NCBI GenBank assembly: GCA_902627635.1
Contig: CACOKA010000002.1
Span: 1 to 55,403, forward strand
DNA length: 55,403 nt
Direction: 5' to 3'
DNA from: an uncultured Candidatus Actinomarina sp.
GTDB lineage: Bacteria; Actinomycetota; Acidimicrobiia; Actinomarinales; Actinomarinaceae
Below are positions 9,433 through 19,158 of the stretch, one piece after another (the first letter of the stretch is position 1; the number at the start of each line of letters is the position of its first letter). A program made the translations under genes and the position numbers. A model generated the notes under the pieces. That model was not told the DNA's origin. It ran no database searches and saw only the letters and a list, made by a program, of their open reading frames with translations.

Positions 9433-12035
9433 ATTTGAGTATCTTTAAAAAAGTCTTATCTGTTGGAAGTGGAAAGCTTGCTCAAGAGCTTGATAAAAAA
9501 GTTGAGTTAATTAATAATCTAGAGTCTGAGGTTGAAAAATATTCTGATGAAGAAATAAAAAATAAATTTCAAGAACTAAAAACAAAAATTACCAATGAAA
9601 ATAAGTTTGATTATGAGGTCGAAGCATTTTCACTTGTAAGAGAGGCATCTAAAAGAACGATTGGACAACGTCATTACGATGTCCAGTTATTTGGTGGGAT
9701 GGTTTTACTTAGAAATAAGATAGCTGAGATGAAAACAGGAGAGGGTAAAACATTAGTTTCTACACTTCCAATCTCATTTATGTCACTCTTCGAACAAGGT
9801 GTTCATGTTGTAACTGTGAACGATTATCTATCGAGAAGAGATGCTGAATGGATGAGTCCAATTTACAACTTTTTAGGTTTAGAAGTAGGTTTAATTTATT
9901 CAAATCAAGAATATCAAGAAAAAGTCTCTGAATATAAAAAAGATATTATTTATGGAACTAATAATGAATTTGGATTTGATTATTTAAGAGACAATATGGC
10001 CCAATCTTCAGACCAATTAACTCAGGGAAATTTATTTTATGCAGTTATTGATGAAGTGGATTCAATATTAGTTGATGAAGCTAGAACCCCATTAATTATT
10101 TCTGGAAGAGTAGAGGAGTCTACAAAATGGTATTTGCAATTTTCAAAATTTGTAAAACAAATGAAAAAAGAATTTCACTATGAAGTTGATGAATCTAAGA
10201 AACAAATTCACCCAACTGAAGATGGTATTGAATATATAGAACAAAAACTAGATATTGAAAATCTTTATGAAAATACATCTACAAACTTTATTCATTATCT
10301 AACAGCTTCTTTGCGTGCAAAAGAAATATATAAAAAAGATGTGGATTATATTGTCTCAGATGGTCAAGTAAAAATAGTAGATGAATTTACTGGCCGTGTT
10401 TTGGAGGGTAGACGATACTCTGATGGACTTCATCAAGCAATTGAAGCAAAAGAAAATGTAAGCATTCAAGATGAAAACCAAACATTAGCTTCCATAACTT
10501 ATCAGAATTATTTTAGGATGTATGAACATCTTGCCGGTATGACAGGTACAGCCAAAACTGAAGAAGAGGAACTTATTCAAATCTACAATCTTGAAGTTGT
10601 TGAAATACCAACCAATTTACCTATCGCAAGAAACGACAATCAGGATACGGTTTATAAAACAAAAAAGGCAAAGTTAAAGGCTGTAGTGGATGATATAAAA
10701 CATCGACATGAAATTGGTCAACCAGTCTTGCTGGGTACTGTTTCCGTTGATTCATCAGAAGAAATTTCAAAGGAATTAACAAAAAATAGCATAAAACATT
10801 CTGTGTTAAATGCTAAAAATCATTTGGAAGAGGCAGCAATTATTGCTCAAGCTGGAAGATTAAAATCTGTAACCGTTGCAACAAATATGGCAGGTAGAGG
10901 TGTAGATATAAAACTCGGAGGTAATAGTGAATTTATGGCTAAAACCCAAGCAGAAAATGAAAATAAATCTGATGATCCAAAATTTGTTGATAATTTAATG
11001 AGTAAATTTGAATCAATCATTAGTGAGGAAAAAGAGAAAGTAATTCAACTGGGCGGTCTTTATGTCATTGGAACTGAAAGGCACGAATCTCGAAGAATAG
11101 ATAATCAGCTTAGAGGAAGATCAGGAAGACAAGGTGATCCTGGTGAATCTAGATTTTACATAAGTCTCGAGGATGATTTAATGAGAAGATTTCAAGGTGA
11201 AAGAATACAGTCAATTATGGACAAGCTCAATCTTCCAGATGATGAAAAAATTGAACAAAGCATGGTTACAAAAAGTATTGAAAGAGCACAAGCCCAGGTT
11301 GAATCATTGAACTTTGAAATTAGAAAAAATGTACTAAAGTTTGATCAAGTTCTAAATCAACAAAGAGACGTAATTTATAAATGGAGAAGAGAATTACTAA
11401 AGTCTGACAATATTGAAAATCTAATTATTGATTGGCGTGACGATATTTTTGATGATTTACAAAATAATATTGATAGTTATAAGACTCAATATGAAACTGT
11501 TGAAGATTTTAAAAATTTTGTTGATGATGAGTTAAGTTTGGTCTTGTCAGACAACATAAAAAAAGAAATTTTTAGAGATATTGAAGTAAATGATAAATTA
11601 CAAATAACACCAATCCTTCAATCCTTGTATGTTAAAAATTTCGAATCGGACAAAAATAATTTTATGAATTTAGCAAGAATGGGCTCATTGTCATTTATTG
11701 ACCAGTCATGGAAAAATCATCTTTCAGAAATGGATTATTTAAGATCGGGAATTGGTCTAAGAGCAATGGGCCAAAGAGATCCCCTAGTTGAATATCAAAA
11801 AGAGGGATATGATTTATTTGAAGATTTAATTCACAATGTAAAATTATCTGTTGTTAGACTTTTATTAAACTTTGAAAAAATCTCAAATGAAAAGAACAGT
11901 TTAGATAAAGAAAATAAGAATAAAACAAATGAAGATAACAAAGATAAAATTGGAAGAAACGATCCGTGCTATTGCGGTTCTGGCATAAAATATAAAAAAT
12001 GTGGAATGATAGATAAATGTATAAAGAACTCATAA
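9411..12035 (+). CDS. secA: Preprotein translocase ATPase SecA
   Basis: MKTGEGKTLV Walker A, DEVDSILVDEARTPLIIS, C-terminal zinc motif CYCGSGIKYKKCG. The true start may be the in-frame TTG at 9435, just after the ahcY stop. Confidence 0.95.
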   Translation: MGAWHKLNLSIFKKVLSVGSGKLAQELDKKVELINNLESEVEKYSDEEIKNKFQELKTKITNENKFDYEVEAFSLVREASKRTIGQRHYDVQLFGGMVLLRNKIAEMKTGEGKTLVSTLPISFMSLFEQGVHVVTVNDYLSRRDAEWMSPIYNFLGLEVGLIYSNQEYQEKVSEYKKDIIYGTNNEFGFDYLRDNMAQSSDQLTQGNLFYAVIDEVDSILVDEARTPLIISGRVEESTKWYLQFSKFVKQMKKEFHYEVDESKKQIHPTEDGIEYIEQKLDIENLYENTSTNFIHYLTASLRAKEIYKKDVDYIVSDGQVKIVDEFTGRVLEGRRYSDGLHQAIEAKENVSIQDENQTLASITYQNYFRMYEHLAGMTGTAKTEEEELIQIYNLEVVEIPTNLPIARNDNQDTVYKTKKAKLKAVVDDIKHRHEIGQPVLLGTVSVDSSEEISKELTKNSIKHSVLNAKNHLEEAAIIAQAGRLKSVTVATNMAGRGVDIKLGGNSEFMAKTQAENENKSDDPKFVDNLMSKFESIISEEKEKVIQLGGLYVIGTERHESRRIDNQLRGRSGRQGDPGESRFYISLEDDLMRRFQGERIQSIMDKLNLPDDEKIEQSMVTKSIERAQAQVESLNFEIRKNVLKFDQVLNQQRDVIYKWRRELLKSDNIENLIIDWRDDIFDDLQNNIDSYKTQYETVEDFKNFVDDELSLVLSDNIKKEIFRDIEVNDKLQITPILQSLYVKNFESDKNNFMNLARMGSLSFIDQSWKNHLSEMDYLRSGIGLRAMGQRDPLVEYQKEGYDLFEDLIHNVKLSVVRLLLNFEKISNEKNSLDKENKNKTNEDNKDKIGRNDPCYCGSGIKYKKCGMIDKCIKNS

Positions 12036-13121
12036 ATAAGGTTGTAGATTTTAAAGAGAGGATAACTTCCGCTAAGGAGTATCTTTGACTTTGATAACAA
12101 GAAAAAACAACTTCTAGAAATTAATAAAGTCATTTCGAAAGAAAATTTTTGGTCATCAAATCCTAACGCGCAAAATGTAGTTAAAAATGCATCAATCATT
12201 GAAAAAATCGTGAATTTGTTGGAGATTATTGATAATGAAATTAAAGATATTGAAGAACTTGTTGAATTAAGTAAGGATAATATATCTGAATTAGATGAAT
12301 TAAAGAATCAGCTTGATGAAACAGAAAAAAAAATTCAAGATCTTGAAGAGGAATCACTTTATTCAGAAGAGTTTGATAATTATTCTGCAGTTTTGACAGT
12401 TAATGCAGGTGCCGGCGGTGTAGATGCTCATGACTGGGCAGAAATATTGTTAAGAATGTATACAAGATTTCTAGACGACAATGATATGAAATATGAAATT
12501 GAAGAAATATCATCCGGAGAAGAAGCTGGAATAAAATCAGGGTCTATTAGAGTTGAAAATTTTAGAGCATATGCAAATTTAGAAAGTGAAAGGGGAGTTC
12601 ATCGATTGGTAAGGATAAGTCCATTTGACAGCAATAAAAGAAGACATACAAGTTTTGCTGGAGTAGACGTTATTCCTTTAATTGAAGATTCTGAAGACTA
12701 CGAATTAAATGATGATGATATCCGTATAGACGTTTATAGGTCTTCAGGGGCGGGAGGACAACATGTAAATACAACTGATTCAGCTGTTAGAGTCACACAT
12801 ATTCCAACAGGTATTGTTGTTGCTTGTCAGGCAGAAAGATCACAATTACAGAATAAAATTCGTGCATTAAGTCTTCTTAAATCAAAATTAATCATCCGGG
12901 AAAAAGAGGAAAAATTAAAAAAACTTGATTCAATTAGAGGAGAACAAGTTGAAGCTGGATGGGGTAGGCAAATAAGATCCTATGTAATGCAACCTTACCA
13001 ACAAGTAAAAGATTCAAGAACAAATATTGAAGTCGGGAATATACAATCAGTTTTAGATGGAGATATTAACATATTTATAAATGAGTATCTAAAATGGCGT
13101 AGACAGGGATTAAATGATTAA
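12017..13121 (+). CDS. prfB: Peptide chain release factor 2, made by a programmed +1 frameshift (12017-12085 joined to 12087-13121)
   Basis: ATG at 12017 gives MYKELINKVVDFKERITSAKEYL, then an in-frame TGA at 12086-12088. Shifting +1 at CTT TGA C continues DFDNKKKQLLEINK... into the listed ORF, which carries SPF and GGQ. Total is about 367 aa. Confidence 0.9.
12074..12089 (+). promoter_or_regulatory. RF2 autoregulatory +1 frameshift site (SD-like AAGGAG, TAT, CTT TGA C)
   Basis: The sequence aaggag tat ctt tga c has the same layout as the canonical prfB site (internal SD, 3-nt spacer, CUU UGA C). Confidence 0.85.
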
Positions 13122-13791
13122 GTTAGATAACGTTTCATTAGTTTTTCAAGGTGGAAGTGTTGCGCTTTCAAACGTCTCCACGCAAATTTCTGAAGGTGAA
13201 TTTGCATACATCATAGGTCATTCTGGAAGTGGGAAATCCTCATTACTAAAACTTTTATACAAAGAATATTCACCTACAAAAGGAGAGATTGAGGTTGTCG
13301 ATATGGATGTATCCACTTTACCAAAATGGAAAATACCATTGCTAAGAAGAAAATTAGGTATTGTCACACAAGAACCCCAGCTTCTTGAAGATAGGACTAC
13401 TTACGAAAATATAAGTTTTGCATTAGAAGTCCTCGGTTTTGATGAAAAAGAAATAGATGAGAAAACAAGCACACTCATAGATTTGGTTGATTTGAACCAG
13501 AGCATGTATAAATTCCCTAATCAACTTTCAGGGGGTGAACAAACAAGAGTTTGTATTGCTAGAGCGTTGGCATCTAATCCATTAGTACTTTTATGCGACG
13601 AACCAACTGGTAATTTAGATCCAGATTTAAGTATTCAAATTGTTACTTTGCTTGAAAAAATTAATAGAGCTGGAACAACAGTTTTAATGGCGACTCATGA
13701 TTCATCAATAGTAAATAGACGTAAGAAGAGAGTCATACAACTTAAAGAAGGTAAATTGATAAGCGATGTTGAACAAGGAAGGTATATCTAA
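13114..13791 (+). CDS. ftsE: Cell-division ABC ATPase FtsE
   Basis: GHSGSGKSS Walker A, LSGGEQTRV signature, followed by ftsX. Confidence 0.9.
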   Translation: MIKLDNVSLVFQGGSVALSNVSTQISEGEFAYIIGHSGSGKSSLLKLLYKEYSPTKGEIEVVDMDVSTLPKWKIPLLRRKLGIVTQEPQLLEDRTTYENISFALEVLGFDEKEIDEKTSTLIDLVDLNQSMYKFPNQLSGGEQTRVCIARALASNPLVLLCDEPTGNLDPDLSIQIVTLLEKINRAGTTVLMATHDSSIVNRRKKRVIQLKEGKLISDVEQGRYI

Positions 13792-13796
13792 AAGGT

Positions 13797-14672
13797 ATGA
13801 AAAAACTAAATTATGTCATAAAGAATACTTTCATAAATATGAGAAGGAATCCTTTATTAGTTATCGCAACTATGCTTGCAGTTCTTGTATCTTCCTTTCT
13901 TGTATTTACAACACTTTCGGCAAGAGCAATTGTTGAAAACAATACATCACGATGGCAAAATGGTGTTCATGTAGTAATTTTTTTAGATGATAGAGTTACT
14001 TCTACAGCCCATCAACAACTGCAAGAAACATTAGAAAGTTATTCAGAGGTAAGGATGGTTGAGTATTTTTCGAAATCTGAAGCAACCGAAGAATTTAAAA
14101 CATTATTCCAAGATCAACCAGAATTAGTACAAGAAGTAGACTTTGATATCCTTCCTACTTCTCTAAGAATAAATTTGAATGATCCAGCCGATTATGAATT
14201 AATTATTGAGAGAATGGAAGGAAATCCAGCAGTAAAGGAAATCAGAGCTTCTGGAGAAGCGATTGAAAGACTTCTAACGCTGACAAATACTCTTGTTCTA
14301 TCTGCAAGCATTTTTGCTGTTTTAATTGCGTTTGCAGCTTTTATATTGATCATTAACACTTTGAGGCTTACTGCATATGCAAAAAGAAAAGAAATTAAAA
14401 TAATGAGGACCATTGGTGCATCAGCTACATATATCCGCTTACCATTTATTTTTGAAGCTGTATTTGAGTCACTAATTGGAACAAGTATTGCAGTCGGACT
14501 TGGATGGGGTTTTATACAGTATTCAAAAACTTCATTTATAGCTGAGAGTATATTTGATATTGCAATCACTGATTCTTATTTGATAAATTTGACTTTAGTT
14601 CTATTACTATCAACAATTATTTTTGGATTTTTTGCAAGTTTTGTAGGGATAAGAAAAGTTTTAAATGATTAA
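13797..14672 (+). CDS. ftsX: Cell-division permease-like protein FtsX
   Basis: One N-terminal TM, an extracellular domain and three C-terminal TMs. Immediately downstream of ftsE. Confidence 0.85.
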   Translation: MKKLNYVIKNTFINMRRNPLLVIATMLAVLVSSFLVFTTLSARAIVENNTSRWQNGVHVVIFLDDRVTSTAHQQLQETLESYSEVRMVEYFSKSEATEEFKTLFQDQPELVQEVDFDILPTSLRINLNDPADYELIIERMEGNPAVKEIRASGEAIERLLTLTNTLVLSASIFAVLIAFAAFILIINTLRLTAYAKRKEIKIMRTIGASATYIRLPFIFEAVFESLIGTSIAVGLGWGFIQYSKTSFIAESIFDIAITDSYLINLTLVLLLSTIIFGFFASFVGIRKVLND

Positions 14673-16041
14673 AAAATTCTTCATTTCTTTTATATTATTT
14701 CTTCAAATTATCCAATTAAGCGTTGTAGATACATCTTTAGCGATCACTGCTGAAGAAAGACTTGAAGAGGTCGAAAAACAGCTCATTGCAGTTGCTAATC
14801 AAATCAAACAATATGAAGGAGAGAAGACTGATTTAGAAAAAGCAATATTATCAAATGACGCAGCTATTAAGAAGGTAAATGATGAGTTAGCTGCTGTACA
14901 AAAAGAATTAGTTGCTGCTGAACTTGCTTTAGAAAATGCACTACAAGGTTACGACGAGTCCTTAAACAATCTTGCAGCTGTTCAGCAAAATATTCTAAAA
15001 GAGCAAGTCAATCTTGGTGTCACAAAAAATGAAATATCAAAAGTCAAAGATGAATTATTTGAGACACAAAAAAGTCTAAATTCTGCAAAAAATCAACTAC
15101 AAGATAAAGCTGTTGATATGTACATCAATGGAGTTATGAGTCCAGCAACTGCATTGTTTGTAGATTTAAATGATTTATCGGACTTTCTTGCTGTATTAGG
15201 TTATGCGTCGGCAATTGTGAATACAGCATATGAAATAATTGAATCTTTAAATTCTTTTGAAAATTTATCCGAAACCCAAACAGAGTTTTTGAAAGATCGT
15301 GAAGAACAAAGAGAGGAAATAATTTCTTCACTACAAATTGAAGAGGAAAAAAAGAACCAGATATCGATTGAGGCTGAAGAGTATGCAGAAGATGTAGAAG
15401 AAAGTAAAAACAGAGTTGAAATTGAAAAGAGAAAAGTTGAAAATAAAAAAGCGGCAGTTTTAGCTGAAAGAAGAAATGCTCAAAATCTTCTAACTCAAGC
15501 TAATAACCAACTTGCAAAGCTAGATGCTGAACATGCAAATCTTGAAAAACTTGAAGATGCTATTCAGGCTGATATTGAGAGGTTAAGTTCACTAGGAGGA
15601 GTAGCTCCAGATAAATTAACATGGCCAGTAACTGGTAGTTACGTATCAAGTGGTTATAAATGGAGGCGTTTTAGAGGTGTAACGAGTTTTCATGGTGCTA
15701 TTGATATACCTGGAAGGACTGGAACGCCTATAAAAGCAGCTGCTGGAGGTGTTGTAATTCTTGCAAGGTACTACGGCTTAGCTGGAAGGACAGTGTTTAT
15801 CGATCATGGTGGAGGCATGACTACTCTTTACTTCCATATGAACGAAATTAAAGCATCTGTTGGTCAAACAGTCATTACAGGTGATGTGATTGGTACCGTT
15901 GGAACAACTGGAAGATCAACAGGGCCACATTTACATTTTGAAGTAAGGCTTAAAAATCCTAATTCTGTTAGTTGTAGTCTTCCATACTTAGATCCAACGT
16001 CAAGAGGCAGAATGAACCCCTATTGTTTTTTAGATAGATGA
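14665..16041 (+). CDS. Secreted coiled-coil M23 peptidase (murein DD-endopeptidase family)
   Basis: Signal peptide, ~300 aa of heptad-like coiled coil, and a C-terminal M23 domain (HGAIDIPG, GPHLHFEV). Confidence 0.85.
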   Translation: MIKKFFISFILFLQIIQLSVVDTSLAITAEERLEEVEKQLIAVANQIKQYEGEKTDLEKAILSNDAAIKKVNDELAAVQKELVAAELALENALQGYDESLNNLAAVQQNILKEQVNLGVTKNEISKVKDELFETQKSLNSAKNQLQDKAVDMYINGVMSPATALFVDLNDLSDFLAVLGYASAIVNTAYEIIESLNSFENLSETQTEFLKDREEQREEIISSLQIEEEKKNQISIEAEEYAEDVEESKNRVEIEKRKVENKKAAVLAERRNAQNLLTQANNQLAKLDAEHANLEKLEDAIQADIERLSSLGGVAPDKLTWPVTGSYVSSGYKWRRFRGVTSFHGAIDIPGRTGTPIKAAAGGVVILARYYGLAGRTVFIDHGGGMTTLYFHMNEIKASVGQTVITGDVIGTVGTTGRSTGPHLHFEVRLKNPNSVSCSLPYLDPTSRGRMNPYCFLDR

Positions 16042-16472
16042 AAGTTTTTGCCGAAAATCGTAAAGCTAGAACTTCATATGAGTTTTTAGAATTTTTTGAA
16101 GCTGGAATTGTACTTACAGGAGCAGAAACAAAAAGTATCAGAAACGGTGGAATTTCAATAATTGATGCTTTTGCAAGTCTTGAAGATGAGGAAGTTCTTA
16201 TTAGAGAGATGAATATTGAACCTTATAAGTACGCAGAGTTAATTGACTATGATCCTAAAACTCCAAGAAAACTCCTTCTTCATAAAAAAGAAATAAAGAG
16301 ATTAATTGGATTAACCTCTACAAAAGGCCTTACATTAATTGCAACAAAAGTATTTGAACAAAATGGATTTATAAAAATTGAATTAGCTTTAGCAAAAGGT
16401 AAAAAAAATATAGACAAAAGAAGAAAAATTACTGATAAACGAATCAAAAAAGAAATTAGAGACCTTAAATAA
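16038..16472 (+). CDS. smpB: SsrA-binding protein SmpB
   Basis: NRKARTSYEFLEFFEAGIVLTGAETKSIR and the basic C-terminal tail are typical of SmpB. Confidence 0.9.
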   Translation: MKVFAENRKARTSYEFLEFFEAGIVLTGAETKSIRNGGISIIDAFASLEDEEVLIREMNIEPYKYAELIDYDPKTPRKLLLHKKEIKRLIGLTSTKGLTLIATKVFEQNGFIKIELALAKGKKNIDKRRKITDKRIKKEIRDLK

Positions 16473-16535
16473 TTTTATTTTAAATTACTTTTATAAATTT
16501 AGAATTTATAGACTGATAGGAAATTAAAGGAAAAA

Positions 16536-16847
16536 ATGGTAAAAGAAATTAATGCTGAAGAATATGCTGAAATCATCAACTCTTCATCGCCGGTTGTAAT
16601 TGATTTTCATGCGACTTGGTGTGGCCCATGCAAAGTATTGAGCCCAATTTTGGAAGAGTTAAATGACGAAATCGAAGGCGTAGAATTCGTTAAACTTGAT
16701 GTTGATCAACATCCTCAAATCGCAGGGCAAAATCAAGTTATGGGTGTGCCCACTGTTGTAATCTTAAAAGATGGTGAAGTTAAAGATAGATTTGTAGGTG
16801 TTCAACCGAAAGAAGTTATTAAAGAAAAAATTACTTCACTAGGTTAA
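16536..16847 (+). CDS. trxA: Thioredoxin
   Basis: WCGPC active site, 103 aa. Confidence 0.9.
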   Translation: MVKEINAEEYAEIINSSSPVVIDFHATWCGPCKVLSPILEELNDEIEGVEFVKLDVDQHPQIAGQNQVMGVPTVVILKDGEVKDRFVGVQPKEVIKEKITSLG

Positions 16848-16849
16848 TA

Positions 16850-17110
16850 GTGCTTAGAATTGTATTAGTTTTACAAGTTCTAATACTTATTATGTTTGGT
16901 TACTTTGTTGTGAACATTCAAAGTACAGTTAATGAGTTAACAATTCAATTAGAGAGTGCATTATTAGTAGTCGAGGACATGAAATCAGTGCTTCCTGAAA
17001 TTGAAGAAGCAGTAGATAACTTTAACCAACTAAAGCCATTATTTGAAAATCTTGGGAAACTTAGCGAATTACTATCAGTACTGACTGACCCATTTGGTTC
17101 AAATGGATAA
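16850..17110 (+). CDS. Small membrane-anchored hypothetical protein
   Basis: GTG start, one N-terminal TM (IVLVLQVLILIMFGYFVV), helical remainder. No recognisable motif. Confidence 0.45.
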   Translation: MLRIVLVLQVLILIMFGYFVVNIQSTVNELTIQLESALLVVEDMKSVLPEIEEAVDNFNQLKPLFENLGKLSELLSVLTDPFGSNG

Positions 17111-17354
17111 CAAATCTGAAATTGTTATGTACAGCACACAGTGGTGTGGTGACTGTATCAGGTCCAAGAAAGTTTTTGATAAGTTAAATATTAAATTTAC
17201 TGAAATCGATATTGATTTTGATAAAGAAGGATTTGAAATTGCTAAAAAAATACAAAATCAAAATCCTAGAATACCAACTATAGTTTTTGAAGATGGAAGC
17301 TTCCTTATTGAACCTACAGATGTTGAGCTCACAGACAAATTAAACTCCTTATAA
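17094..17354 (+). CDS. Glutaredoxin-like protein (mycoredoxin/NrdH-like)
   Basis: WCGDC redox motif in a ~80-aa thioredoxin-fold protein. The internal ATG at 17103 (MDNKSEIVMY) may be the true start. Confidence 0.75.
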   Translation: MVQMDNKSEIVMYSTQWCGDCIRSKKVFDKLNIKFTEIDIDFDKEGFEIAKKIQNQNPRIPTIVFEDGSFLIEPTDVELTDKLNSL

Positions 17355-17362
17355 TTTGTGTA

Positions 17363-18154
17363 ATGTTTGAAAATAAATTGGATACTCAGAATTTAATAAG
17401 TTTTTGTAATGAAACTCTAAATATCTCAGGAAAAATAGCCTTGGCTCACTTTCGTGATGTAAGGGATCTGACAATCAAAACTGATGAAAGTCCAGTTACC
17501 CTTGCAGATAAACAAATTGAACAAGTAATTAGAAGAGAAATAGAAAAAAACTACCCTAATCACAATATTGTTGGTGAAGAGTTTGAAGTACTTAACAATG
17601 AGTCAGAATATACATGGTATATTGATCCAATTGATGGAACAAGAAGTTTTGTGGCTGGAAAGAACGATTTTGGTACTTTAATTGCATTAGTAAAAAACGA
17701 GAAAATTATTGGAGGGGTTATTGATTGTCCAGCGTTGAAAGAAAGATGGATCTCTTTTGAAAGAGATGTAACTACTGTAAATGGTGATGTAATTAAGTGT
17801 AGAAAAATTGATCAACTTGAATACTCTGTAATGGCAACAACCTCAAGTCATCAATTCGGTATGAAAAAATGGAGAGCTTATCAATCTCTTGAAGAGAGCG
17901 TTAAAGTAACAACAACAGGAAGTGACTGTTATAACTATGGATTACTAGCAAGTGGATATGTTGATATTGTGGCTGAAAAACTTACTGCTCCACATGATTA
18001 TCTACCTCTTGTAAAAGTAGTTGAAGGATCAGGCGGAGTTATGACTGACTGGGATGGAAACAATCTTTCTCTTGAGGATAAAGATGTTTATGTTTTAGCC
18101 TCTGCTTCTAAAGAGCTTCATGAACTAGCATTAGAGAAACTAAAAGATAAATAA
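17363..18154 (+). CDS. Inositol monophosphatase-family phosphatase (HisN-like candidate)
   Basis: IMPase motifs WYIDPIDGT and a metal-binding region; 263 aa. Confidence 0.75.
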   Translation: MFENKLDTQNLISFCNETLNISGKIALAHFRDVRDLTIKTDESPVTLADKQIEQVIRREIEKNYPNHNIVGEEFEVLNNESEYTWYIDPIDGTRSFVAGKNDFGTLIALVKNEKIIGGVIDCPALKERWISFERDVTTVNGDVIKCRKIDQLEYSVMATTSSHQFGMKKWRAYQSLEESVKVTTTGSDCYNYGLLASGYVDIVAEKLTAPHDYLPLVKVVEGSGGVMTDWDGNNLSLEDKDVYVLASASKELHELALEKLKDK

Positions 18155-18155
18155 T

Positions 18156-19082
18156 ATGAAAATCTTAGTTTGTGATAATTTAGAAAATAAAGTTATAGAA
18201 AAATTAAGTGAGCTTGGTGAAGTTACAAATATTTCAGATTCCAAAACCAAAACTGAGGAATTGATAAGTAATATTGTTGATACTGACATTGTCGTAATTA
18301 GAAGCAGTACAAAAATAAATAAAGATATATTGCAAGAAGCAAATAAATTGAAAATTATTGCACGATGCGGAGTTGGTATTGACAACATTGATATTGAAGA
18401 AGCAACAAATAAAGAAATTTATGTTACTAATTCACCAAATGCAAATATAATTTCAGTTGCAGAATTAACAATCGGACTTATAATTTCTGCCGCTAGAAAC
18501 ATTCACACATCCAATAACTCACTAAAAGATAAAAATTGGGATAGAAATAAATTTCTTGGAACTGAACTTTATAAAAAACAATTAGGATTAATCGGCTTTG
18601 GTAAAGCTGCCAGAGAAGTAGCAAAAAGATTAACTGCATTTGGTATGGACATAGTTTTTTACGATCCTTATGTAGATGTATCTGTAGATGAGGCAAACAA
18701 AGTTGAGCTGGATGAACTGTTGAAAACCTCAGACGTTATATCGATTCATGTTGTAAAGAATGAAGAAACAAAAAATATGATCAATGATGAGAAACTTAAT
18801 TTAATCAAAAAAGGTGGAATTTTAGTAAATACATCAAGGGGAGGGATTGTTGACGAAGTGGCACTTTTTAAAAGGTCAAGTGATCATGTTATTTTTGCCG
18901 GCCTTGATGTATTTAGCCAAGAACCACCTGATATAAACGAAACATTTTCAACATCAAATATAGTAACAACACCTCATCTTGGCGCATCAACACAAGAAGC
19001 ACAGCTTAGAGCTGGTTTAGAGACCGTACAGAACATATCAGATATTTTGAATGGTGAACTTTCAAGCGTAATAAACATTTAA
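18156..19082 (+). CDS. D-isomer-specific 2-hydroxyacid dehydrogenase (SerA-like, no ACT domain)
   Basis: NAD-binding GLIGFGKAAREVAKR, catalytic-region NTSRGGIVDE, TPHLGAST. Confidence 0.8.
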   Translation: MKILVCDNLENKVIEKLSELGEVTNISDSKTKTEELISNIVDTDIVVIRSSTKINKDILQEANKLKIIARCGVGIDNIDIEEATNKEIYVTNSPNANIISVAELTIGLIISAARNIHTSNNSLKDKNWDRNKFLGTELYKKQLGLIGFGKAAREVAKRLTAFGMDIVFYDPYVDVSVDEANKVELDELLKTSDVISIHVVKNEETKNMINDEKLNLIKKGGILVNTSRGGIVDEVALFKRSSDHVIFAGLDVFSQEPPDINETFSTSNIVTTPHLGASTQEAQLRAGLETVQNISDILNGELSSVINI

Positions 19083-19158
19083 AAAAATAAAAAAGTATTT
19101 GTTATAAGAATCTAATTTAACGATAATTAGATAACCAATTAGTTGTTACTGGCACCAA

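Noticed and set aside
19110-19132. Hairpin ATCTAATT-taacgat-AATTAGAT between convergent genes, as a bidirectional terminator
   Set aside because: The 8-bp stem is almost entirely A/T and no U-tract follows on either strand. It is too weak to call a rho-independent terminator.
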